64,000 nucleotides of DNA, taken from positions 23,760-87,759 of the forward strand of contig OZ241911.1 in the NCBI GenBank assembly GCA_965203785.1, written 5' to 3'. This DNA comes from Bdellovibrionales bacterium (GTDB taxonomy: Bacteria > Bdellovibrionota > Bdellovibrionia > Bdellovibrionales > UBA1609). Under the pieces are notes generated by a model that was not told where the DNA came from, ran no database searches, and saw nothing but the letters and a program-made list of their open reading frames with translations. Positions 17,126 through 25,055 of this stretch are shown one piece after another; position 1 is the first letter of the stretch; each line of letters begins with the position of its first letter. The position numbers and the translations under genes were made by a program.

Positions 17126-17334
17126 TACTTAGAGTTATTTCTGGCTTTGACGGAATCGTTGTGAGCTTTAATGGCAGATTGAACATCTGAATCATTCCAT
17201 AACTCTTCTGCTGTAGGCCAAGGCTCAGAAACTGTCCCTTTGGTGCGAAATAACCACCAACTGACATAATTAGGCTTGTTATTAGATTTTTGATATTTAG
17301 GTTTTTTTGAAACACCTACTTTATCATCTGACAT
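17125..17334 (-). CDS. small hypothetical protein (first gene of cassette)
   Basis: 69 aa, with basic N-terminus and a Trp-rich middle. Preferred over the overlapping 17061..17315 ORF because of its stop/start coupling to the next gene. Confidence 0.4.
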   Translation of the reverse strand: MSDDKVGVSKKPKYQKSNNKPNYVSWWLFRTKGTVSEPWPTAEELWNDSDVQSAIKAHNDSVKARNNSK

Positions 17335-17483
17335 ATAATTTTACTCCAATTTTTATTTGCAAACTTATACAAGTTTAAGTTAGATTATGCATATTTTTAA
17401 TATAAATCTCATACTTTTTTGTGTAAAAAATGACTGCTGTTAGCTTTAAAACAAGATTGTTTTTCAATCGGGGAAATAGGAAT

Positions 17484-17747
17484 TTATTTAATTTTGAGTG
17501 CTGTTTTAATCTTCTCTATATCTTCTTTTAAGTGCTTAATATCGTTATCTATTAGTTTATTAAGCTTGGTATTTACTTTTGATACCTCTATCTTAACAAA
17601 CTCTATATTAGCATTGACAGGTATTATATGCATTCCAATAACCCAGCTTAAGCCAGATATAAAAATCGCCATAGCTGACAGCGTGTAAAAAACTAACCCA
17701 GCCCAATTTTTTAAACTCTCTACTTTTGTTATTTTTTCATTACTCAT
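17484..17747 (-). CDS. small single-TM coiled-coil protein (paralog of 31634..31918)
   Basis: 87 aa. TM helix GLVFYTLSAMAIFISGLSWVIGM and C-terminal NDIKHLKEDIEKIK. The architecture and upstream sequence are shared with 31634..31918. Confidence 0.55.
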   Translation of the reverse strand: MSNEKITKVESLKNWAGLVFYTLSAMAIFISGLSWVIGMHIIPVNANIEFVKIEVSKVNTKLNKLIDNDIKHLKEDIEKIKTALKIK

Positions 17748-18001
17748 TTTTTTTATCTCTCTATTTATTATATCATACTCAAAACGGCATTATTTTCTAT
17801 CCACGATCCGATAATCTGTCAATATCAAACTCTCAAAAACAACTTATCGGCAACCCGTCAGAGGAAAATAAGTGCATTATCAATCACCACTCCCATTGCT
17901 CACTATACAATGAAAATTAAAACAAATGTAATTTTTTCAAGAATTTTATTTGCCTAAAGCCCAAAATTATTATATCCTTTATTATAATAATGTAAGAAAA
18001 A

Positions 18002-18241
18002 CTATTTACTATAATTGAAACATTTTATATTTTCATCTTTTTTTGGAGTTTTCCCTTTTTTGACCACTTTTCGAATCTCTTTTTTACAATAAATAGAATT
18101 ACTGAGTTTTAAAACCCCAGTTTTATCGTAAACTCTCATTTTATAATGAAAGTTAATCTCTTGTGAAAAATACACTATTGCTAAAATTAAAAAAGAGATA
18201 GTGACTATACCTATTAAAAAATTTTTTAATCCTTTATCCAT
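18002..18241 (-). CDS. small N-terminally anchored basic protein
   Basis: 79 aa. TM helix FLIGIVTISFLILAIVYF. A decayed copy lies at 9305-9415. Confidence 0.45.
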   Translation of the reverse strand: MDKGLKNFLIGIVTISFLILAIVYFSQEINFHYKMRVYDKTGVLKLSNSIYCKKEIRKVVKKGKTPKKDENIKCFNYSK

Positions 18242-18339
18242 AATTCATCTCCCTTATTATTGTAATTTAATTAAAAGAATACATAATCTATTTATCGGTA
18301 ACTCAGATTAAAATTTTAGTAGTGTTTTACCCTAAATAA

Positions 18340-18850
18340 AAAAAGAAGAGAGTTAGAATGAAGGTAAGTGATGTTATGGAGCTACAAGTTTATGAGGCTA
18401 TGAGGTTATAAAAACTAGGGGATTGTTTAAAATAAAGATAAGGTTATAAAAACTACGGAAGTTAAGGTTAAAATGTGAGGGTATTATGGGGGTATGAAAC
18501 TACCGAGGCTGGGGGGGTTGTTTAAACTATGGAAAATAAGGTTAAAATACGAAGCTATGAGGTTCAAAGCTGTTTGAAGTTTGCGAAAACTAACTAACTA
18601 ATTGCTTAATTGACTGCTTAACTAACTAACTGATCACTTAATTGCTACCTGAACTTATGAGCTTATGAGCTTATGAGCTTAAGGTTAAAATGTGAGATTA
18701 AGAGCCTGAACCTAGGAACTTACAAGCTTATGAACTTATGAGGCTAAACCGACGAGCTTAAGGTTACAATGTGAGGCTACGAGGCTATGAGGCTACGAGG
18801 CTGAACCTAGGAACCCAAGGCTGAACCTAGGAACCTAAATCTAAATCTAA
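18340..18850. repeat. complex degenerate repeat tract
   Basis: Recurring motifs: AAGGTTA(A/C)AAT(G/A)(T/C)GA(G/A)G at about 18463, 18538, 18680 and 18759; CTTATGAG/GCTATGAGG runs; CTGAACCTAGGAAC x3; AACTAACTAAC blocks. Stops occur in all frames. Confidence 0.85.
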
Positions 18851-19915
18851 ATTATTACCATTGTTCCAATATTGTTCTAAACGAGTACAAGCTTTATTTG
18901 TCCATTCTTCCGCATCATCCTCATCTAAATGATCAGCACTATTTAAACCAGTTCCATCAGTTTTTTGGTCTGTTTCTATAAGATCTTCGATATCACTATC
19001 TCCTATAATTTCTGCTACACTAGCTCTGGTATCTTCTTCAGTACTAGTTGGAATTACTTTGCAATAAACCCCTAATTTACAAGCTGTAATTTTTGTGCCA
19101 GTACTTACACTACCACTACATGCTGTCGTTACACCTGTAGGAGTTCCACTGTCAACACAAGCTGGTAAAACATTACTAGTACATATCTCTTCTTCTACAA
19201 TGTTTTCATGGATCCACTCGATAAACTCCTCGTTATTTGCATCGTCGGCAAAAACTAATACTCTGTCGTTATCATCCCCAATACCCACATCAAGTCCGTT
19301 TAAAATATCTTGAGGTGCTGTGCCAGCAGTACCACTTTTTGCCCTAGAAATTAATCTTTTCATAATTTCTACGGCATCCTCACTATCTATCGAATCTAAA
19401 AGAGCGGTGACATTGTTATCATCAATCATCCAAGCCAATACTCTTTTGGCTTTAGCAGTCGTATATCTACTAACTTCAGTAAGCCAGGCTTTATGGTCTA
19501 GGTCATCTAAAATTGCACATAAAAGATCTACACTATCGTCTCTAATGTCGTCTAATTCGTCTTCTTTTGCATCTTTTAAAATCTCTAATATGGTATCTAT
19601 TTCGTCTACATCTTCTTGAGAAAGTTTTAAACATTCTTTTTCGGCTTTTCCGCTAAACCAATCGTCACATTGGTCTTCGCAATCGTCATCGTCTTCGCAA
19701 CAATCACTGCCAGAGCACTCTTTAGGTAATGCACAGTCTAAGGTTACACTGGATGTTCTGGATCTGTTGCTGGTTCGACTGCCACTATTATTTCTGGCAG
19801 ATTGAGTTCTATTACGAGTATTATTAGAGACATTTCTGCCAGGCTCTGTAGAACAACCAAAGACCATGAAAAAAACCATCAAAGTTGCCACAATCAGTGT
19901 GATCAAATATTTCAT
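18827..19915 (-). CDS. Cys-rich secreted/lipoprotein-like protein, family member 1
   Basis: 362 aa. Signal peptide ending VFGC, N/R/S-rich linker. Motifs CSGSDCCEDDDDCEDQC, AKRVLAWMIDD and KLGVYCK are shared with the neighbouring paralogs. Confidence 0.6.
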   Translation of the reverse strand: MKYLITLIVATLMVFFMVFGCSTEPGRNVSNNTRNRTQSARNNSGSRTSNRSRTSSVTLDCALPKECSGSDCCEDDDDCEDQCDDWFSGKAEKECLKLSQEDVDEIDTILEILKDAKEDELDDIRDDSVDLLCAILDDLDHKAWLTEVSRYTTAKAKRVLAWMIDDNNVTALLDSIDSEDAVEIMKRLISRAKSGTAGTAPQDILNGLDVGIGDDNDRVLVFADDANNEEFIEWIHENIVEEEICTSNVLPACVDSGTPTGVTTACSGSVSTGTKITACKLGVYCKVIPTSTEEDTRASVAEIIGDSDIEDLIETDQKTDGTGLNSADHLDEDDAEEWTNKACTRLEQYWNNGNNLDLDLGS

Positions 19916-19971
19916 AATAACTTTGCCTCCTTGCTTAAAAAATAGTTAACCTTAACTTTTTTTATTTACTT

Positions 19972-21036
19972 TTACTCTCTGTCGCATTTGCTATCTGTAT
20001 CCGTTCCACAAGTTTCAATACATGTATTTTGGTTTAATTTAAAATTTCTGTCAAATTGATTATCTTTAATTCTTCCATCCCGATTTAAGACTTCCCAAAA
20101 ACTCCAAACTTCCGCCCCGTGAATGTAGCAATCATCTGAACCCCTTATGCCCGGAAGCCGGCCTTGTGTCTGGTACGGACACCTACCCACATTGCTTAAA
20201 CGATCCCTTCTATAATGCACTCGAGCACAGTAAATTTCTATCTTGCACTGTCGATCCGAACACAAACGATCCACTAACCGATGAGCAATTATAAAAGCTG
20301 CTTCGTTTCTTTCTGCCTGGGCTATAGACCAGAAAGTTTCGGCAAAACCTTTTAAATCTTCGTTAATACCAGCCACAGTTCGATTTGAAGACGATCGCTT
20401 GCTACGAGATACGGCTTGTTCAAATACTTTCTCCAAAATCAAATCTTTATCATCATGATGTTGAATCGCCACAGCAATTTGAATTCGTTCGGCAACCCAA
20501 ATTAAAAACAATCTGGCTTCCCTCTCACTCCACCCTTTTACTAACTCCAACATGGACTGCACATGGACATCAATCATCACACCAAAAGTAAAAATATCCG
20601 CCGTGCGAAATAAACTCTGAGGGCGTTGAATGTTTCTCATCTTGTCAAAAAAATCATACAATTGATTGATCAAACTAACCGGTAGCTCTTCACACTCTTC
20701 ATGCTCTTTACCATACATTTCACGACACAAATTCACACAACTATCCTCATCTCGATTTCTTCTATTATCTCTGTTGTCTTCGTCATCTCTTTCGTCTTCT
20801 TGTTCTTCACAAGAAGGCCCTTCGTAATCTCTTCGATTGTATTCTCCATATACTCTGTCGTTATACACAACTCGTGCCGCTGGAACATTTTCTAACCGGT
20901 TAGCTCCAATCCGCCGATCCCTTCTCAACTCTGGAGAAGTACACTGCACCATGTAAAAACACACAAACAATAAACTAGCTAAAACTATAAAAGCTTTAAC
21001 TGTTAAATACGATAAATGTTTAGAGTAGTGTGTCAT
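19972..21036 (-). CDS. Cys-rich secreted protein, family member 2
   Basis: 354 aa. Hydrophobic N-terminus. Motifs DSCVNLCREMYGKEHEECEELPVSLINQLYDFF, ARLFLIWVAE and KIEIYCAR. Confidence 0.6.
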   Translation of the reverse strand: MTHYSKHLSYLTVKAFIVLASLLFVCFYMVQCTSPELRRDRRIGANRLENVPAARVVYNDRVYGEYNRRDYEGPSCEEQEDERDDEDNRDNRRNRDEDSCVNLCREMYGKEHEECEELPVSLINQLYDFFDKMRNIQRPQSLFRTADIFTFGVMIDVHVQSMLELVKGWSEREARLFLIWVAERIQIAVAIQHHDDKDLILEKVFEQAVSRSKRSSSNRTVAGINEDLKGFAETFWSIAQAERNEAAFIIAHRLVDRLCSDRQCKIEIYCARVHYRRDRLSNVGRCPYQTQGRLPGIRGSDDCYIHGAEVWSFWEVLNRDGRIKDNQFDRNFKLNQNTCIETCGTDTDSKCDRE

Positions 21037-22097
21037 AAATTATAACCTTCACATCCTCGGTAAGTGTCATTACAAACTCTTTGGCAAACATTGTCGTCTA
21101 ACAACAATTGTGTAAGATTGCTCTGATCTAAACTGGAATTATAAATTTCTGTTCTCAAGTACTTAAATAGTTCATCATCTTCAATTCGAAAAATTAAATT
21201 GTTTCTTATCGACTCCGGATGCACATATTGGTTATCTATACCTCGTTCTTCTCTACAATAAATGCGTAAAATACAAAGTCCAATTTTTCTGCCGCTTCCA
21301 TAAGTGTGTCGACACATGTCTTCTCTAATCATATTGTGAGTGATCTGAATCATCTCATTATTTTGATAACGAACTAATAACTGAAAAAATGTTTGATTAA
21401 AAGAAACATGCCTCGCTAAACCATTCTCCACTGGTCCAGGTAAGGTGCGATCCCCCGCCGAAGCCAATAGCTCATACATCAACTCGCTTCTGTGCTTTTT
21501 TTCAATCATTAACAATTCTCGAGCTACTAAGTTTTCTTCTGCAAACCAAAAAAGTAACTCACGAGCATAATCCATTCGATAATTTTTAACCAAGCGAATT
21601 AATACATAAGGATCAATAGCTAATAAAAGATGAAATTCTTGACTCACATCTATCCATCTTAAATCTTGAATAATCGGAACTGTTAAACCTTTTACAAGAT
21701 TGTCTAAGTCTTGCACAGTTTGCTTGGGTAAAACTTTACAACGATCTCTGGCCGCACGGTTTCGAGATACTTCATCTGCAGAAGGAGGAGTGTATTGAGG
21801 AAGGTTGCTGGTCGGAACCCCAAGCCCCGGACGAGCATTCCTCGGAACTTCTTCGCTAAACTGAAAAATAGTATGACACATCTTTAAACATCGTCTGTCT
21901 TCTGCACAACACTCAGCACCCGAACAAGACGGAAAATCTTCTACCGTAAATGTCTGTACTTGATCAGCTATTTTACGAGCCGATTGAGATCCCCTAGGAA
22001 TCCGACCCGAACACTGCATACCACCAAAAATAACCCAAACCAAAAACAGTGTAAAAAATAAACTATATCCAATTTTTTTCTTATATTTATTTAACAT
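21033..22097 (-). CDS. Cys-rich secreted protein, family member 3
   Basis: 354 aa. Motifs CSGAECCAEDRRCLKMC, ARELLFWFAEE and CILRIYCRE. 4-nt overlap with the downstream paralog. Confidence 0.6.
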   Translation of the reverse strand: MLNKYKKKIGYSLFFTLFLVWVIFGGMQCSGRIPRGSQSARKIADQVQTFTVEDFPSCSGAECCAEDRRCLKMCHTIFQFSEEVPRNARPGLGVPTSNLPQYTPPSADEVSRNRAARDRCKVLPKQTVQDLDNLVKGLTVPIIQDLRWIDVSQEFHLLLAIDPYVLIRLVKNYRMDYARELLFWFAEENLVARELLMIEKKHRSELMYELLASAGDRTLPGPVENGLARHVSFNQTFFQLLVRYQNNEMIQITHNMIREDMCRHTYGSGRKIGLCILRIYCREERGIDNQYVHPESIRNNLIFRIEDDELFKYLRTEIYNSSLDQSNLTQLLLDDNVCQRVCNDTYRGCEGYNL

Positions 22098-22343
22098 GAC
22101 ACCTACAAACTCTCTTTTTTGTTTAGTTTTTTCTCTACTTATATAGAAGAATCGGATTTTATAAACTCAGTCTTAAGAAACAGTTCCACATGATCTGCAT
22201 TTTAAGACTTAAGTTTTGTCTATCAATCAGGACTGAAGATGTAAGACAGGACTGAAGATGTAAGAAATCCAAAACAAGCTTTAATTAAACTACCTTTTAG
22301 CTATCTTTTAGCTATCTTTTAACTGCTTTTTATCTGCTTTTTA

Positions 22344-23126
22344 TCAAAAAACTTGTTTAAAGAATTTAAGCATTTCTTTATAAGACGCTTTATCTGCTAC
22401 TTCGTTATAAGAAATTGGGATGTTAAATTTTTTTCCCCTTTCAGTGGCTTGCGGATTTGTCCAACCATGTTGAGCATTTGGATAAGAAACAAAACGATAA
22501 TCCACGCCTGCACTGTCCATAGTTTGCTTAAAATTTTGAACCGACTGACCAGAAACCATAGTATCTTCCTCTCCATGGCAAACTAACACTTGAGCTTTTA
22601 TACCACTTGCTTTGTGAATCGAATCTAACAAATCTAACTTCCCATGAAAGCTAACAACGGCTGTAACATTCACCCCCATACGAGCTAAATGGAGAGATAA
22701 AGCACCTCCTAAACAATAGCCAATAGAAGCCGTTTTAGCTTCATCCACTACTTTAAGAGATTTTAAATGAAGCCAGTAATTTTTTAACCTCTCTGAAGTC
22801 GTTTTCATATCCGAAAAAAGTTGGTTCATTTTTTCTGTAGCTAACTTGGCAGTTGGTGCTATATAACCCTCTCCATACACATCCAAAGCCAAGGCACAAT
22901 AACCATCTTTGGCCAACTGATTAGCACGGTTTTTTGTCACTTCTGTAAGACCCCAAAATTCAGGAATAACTAAAACCCCAGGGATAGGTTTTGCCACAGA
23001 ATCCGAAGCCGAATCCGAATCCGAAGCCGGATAAGCTAAATAAGACTTCGATACATGACCTGAAAGCTCGATGGATAATGATGTCGTTTGTATCTCTTTT
23101 TGTGTCTCTTTTTGTGTAGTATTCAT
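22344..23126 (-). CDS. dienelactone hydrolase family protein
   Basis: VLVIPEFWGLTE..., GYCLGG nucleophile elbow, HGEEDT. The start is set at MNTTQKE (RBS AAAGGAGG) because the longer ORF overlaps tRNA-Ala. Confidence 0.8.
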   Translation of the reverse strand: MNTTQKETQKEIQTTSLSIELSGHVSKSYLAYPASDSDSASDSVAKPIPGVLVIPEFWGLTEVTKNRANQLAKDGYCALALDVYGEGYIAPTAKLATEKMNQLFSDMKTTSERLKNYWLHLKSLKVVDEAKTASIGYCLGGALSLHLARMGVNVTAVVSFHGKLDLLDSIHKASGIKAQVLVCHGEEDTMVSGQSVQNFKQTMDSAGVDYRFVSYPNAQHGWTNPQATERGKKFNIPISYNEVADKASYKEMLKFFKQVF

Positions 23127-23153
23127 AATAAAAACCTCCTTTAAAAAAAAATG

Positions 23154-23227
23154 TGGAGTTGGGGGGACTTGAACCCCCGACCTCAGCACTGCCAGTGCTA
23201 CGCTCTACCAAACTAAGCTACAACCCC
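23154..23227 (-). tRNA. tRNA-Ala (anticodon GGC)
   Basis: Hand-folded cloverleaf: acceptor GGGGTTG/CAACTCC with G3:U70, anticodon loop CTGGCAG, T-loop GGTTCAAGT. CCA is not encoded. Confidence 0.85.
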
Positions 23228-23369
23228 CCTCATAACTTAAAACCCTCAACAAATACCCATGCCATATATCAAAATAAAAATGCAAGAAAAATTTAAATAT
23301 AGCACCGTTCGCAAGCTATCTAAACGATAAGTGTTGATGTATTCTGCATCACCTTGTATAGGATATACC

Positions 23370-24212
23370 ATGCAATTCTGGATTATTTTTGGTGTCTCTC
23401 TTTTATATTGTTTGTTTATTTTATGTGTAACTTATTTTTTTATCTATAAAAATTTTAAGCTCAATATCCAAAAAATTATTGGCTTTGGTGCTGGCTTTCT
23501 TTCTGCATTAGTGTTATTGGAGTTTTTGCCACATACTTTTGGTTATCCCTTAGAACATGTAGACAATGTGAGATTAGACAATGTGGAACATTTACAAAAC
23601 TTTAAACACTCTCCTTCTCTTATGGTTCGTGTTTTATTGCTTATGTGTGGATTTTTAATCAATGGTTTTTGCGAAAGATTGATTTTACCAAAATTAAAAT
23701 TTTTTGACCAATTTTTACCACAAGAAAAACACGACTGCCGCCAACACGATTCCACTCACATTCATCATCACTTACTACCTTCTGCATTATCTTGTTCAGC
23801 CATGGGTTGTTTTATTTTGTGTGCTTTTTTTGATGGTATTCGCTTAAACTCTGGTTTTTTAATCAATTCTCAAACTGCCGTTTTAATCAGTATTGGACTC
23901 TTGTTTCACCTACTTCCCGAAAGCATCACCATTGTAGGAATTGGCCTAAGTTCTGGATTTTCTAGAAAAGCTTTAACTCACATTATTGCCTTATTTTGCA
24001 CCTCTTTTATGGCAGGTTCTTTAAGTTTTTTAATATTGACAAAACTTCAAACTCTAGAAGTTATTATTTTAAGTTTAGCTTCTGGGCTATTTATTTATGT
24101 ATGTGCCATTCATCTGATCCCAGCCACTATTAAAACAAAACATATCAAATGGTTTGTCATTGGATTTTTGAGTTGTGGTTTTTTAGTTGCCAGCTCTCAT
24201 TATCTATCATAA
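23370..24212 (+). CDS. ZIP-family metal (zinc) transporter
   Basis: Multi-TM protein with a His-rich loop (HDCRQHDSTHIHHH) and GLLFHLLPESITIVG. The start is uncertain (23337 or 23370). Confidence 0.7.
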   Translation: MQFWIIFGVSLLYCLFILCVTYFFIYKNFKLNIQKIIGFGAGFLSALVLLEFLPHTFGYPLEHVDNVRLDNVEHLQNFKHSPSLMVRVLLLMCGFLINGFCERLILPKLKFFDQFLPQEKHDCRQHDSTHIHHHLLPSALSCSAMGCFILCAFFDGIRLNSGFLINSQTAVLISIGLLFHLLPESITIVGIGLSSGFSRKALTHIIALFCTSFMAGSLSFLILTKLQTLEVIILSLASGLFIYVCAIHLIPATIKTKHIKWFVIGFLSCGFLVASSHYLS

Positions 24213-24226
24213 AACAACTGCTCATA

Positions 24227-25009
24227 ATGACAATCAATAAGCTTAAAAGAAAAGATGGTCGGCTTTTTAATCAACTCCGACCACTACACATTACCCCCCA
24301 TGTATTACCACAGGCAGAAGGGAGTGCAGAAATCACAATAGGGAATACACGAGTTATGTGTTCTGCATCTGTGGAACCAAATGTACCCAAATGGCTTCAC
24401 ACCCCAGGAATGGGTTGGGTAACTGCTGAGTATGGAATGCTTCCTCGTTCTACTAACAGGCGTATTCGTCGAGACCGAGCATTAAGTGGAGGTCGCACCC
24501 GAGAGATTTCGCGATTTATTGGCAGAAGTCTTCGCTCTTCCATCGATCTTAAAAAACTGGGAGAAAGACAAATTCATATCGATTGTGATGTCATTACAGC
24601 CGACGGTGGCACTCGCACAGCCGCTGTAACCGGAGGGTTTGTAGCCCTCGCACTCGCTACTCAACACTTGGTTAAAGAAGTGGAAATTCGAACATTACCT
24701 CTCCTTCGATATGTCTCCGCCCTTAGCATGGGGATCTATCAAAACAATATTTTGCTAGATCTTTGCCACGAAGAAGACCAACAAGCTAAAACAGATATGA
24801 ATTTAGTGTGCTCATCTGAAGGAGAATGGATCGAAATTCAAGGGACTGCAGAAAAACAACCATTCACTCAACAACAATTAGATCAAATGTTAAAAATAGC
24901 CCAGCCGAGTTTTAAAAACTTATTTAAAAAACAAGAACAAATTATCCAGTCGTTTTTCCCTTTAAAAAAACTTTTAAAAAAACCTTCAACGCGTAAAACT
25001 AAAAAATAA
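24227..25009 (+). CDS. rph: ribonuclease PH
   Basis: RKDGRLFNQLRPLHITPHVLPQAEGSAEITIGNTRVMCSASVE, GGRTREISRFIGRSLR. Short basic C-terminal extension. Confidence 0.9.
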   Translation: MTINKLKRKDGRLFNQLRPLHITPHVLPQAEGSAEITIGNTRVMCSASVEPNVPKWLHTPGMGWVTAEYGMLPRSTNRRIRRDRALSGGRTREISRFIGRSLRSSIDLKKLGERQIHIDCDVITADGGTRTAAVTGGFVALALATQHLVKEVEIRTLPLLRYVSALSMGIYQNNILLDLCHEEDQQAKTDMNLVCSSEGEWIEIQGTAEKQPFTQQQLDQMLKIAQPSFKNLFKKQEQIIQSFFPLKKLLKKPSTRKTKK

Positions 25010-25055
25010 CACTTACTCTTTCTCATCCTCATCTCGCTAACCAAAGGAGGTCGCT

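Noticed and set aside
18340-18850. Possible CRISPR array, because a ~17-nt motif recurs at roughly 75-80-bp spacing.
   Set aside because: The repeats are short and degenerate and the spacing is irregular (about 75, 142 and 79 bp). The spacer regions are themselves built from the same short motifs. No cas genes or leader are present. It is treated as a complex minisatellite-like tract.
22228-22345. Short tandem duplications in the intergenic region: CAGGACTGAAGATGTAAGA x2, AGCTATCTTTT x2 and CTGCTTTTTAT x2.
   Set aside because: These are real but minimal two-copy slippage products with no associated structure or gene. They are probably neutral.
22960-23211. 83-aa ORF, and the N-terminal extension of the 22344..23189 ORF.
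   Set aside because: Both read through tRNA-Ala on its own strand. The hydrolase has a good RBS and ATG at 23126, downstream of the tRNA.
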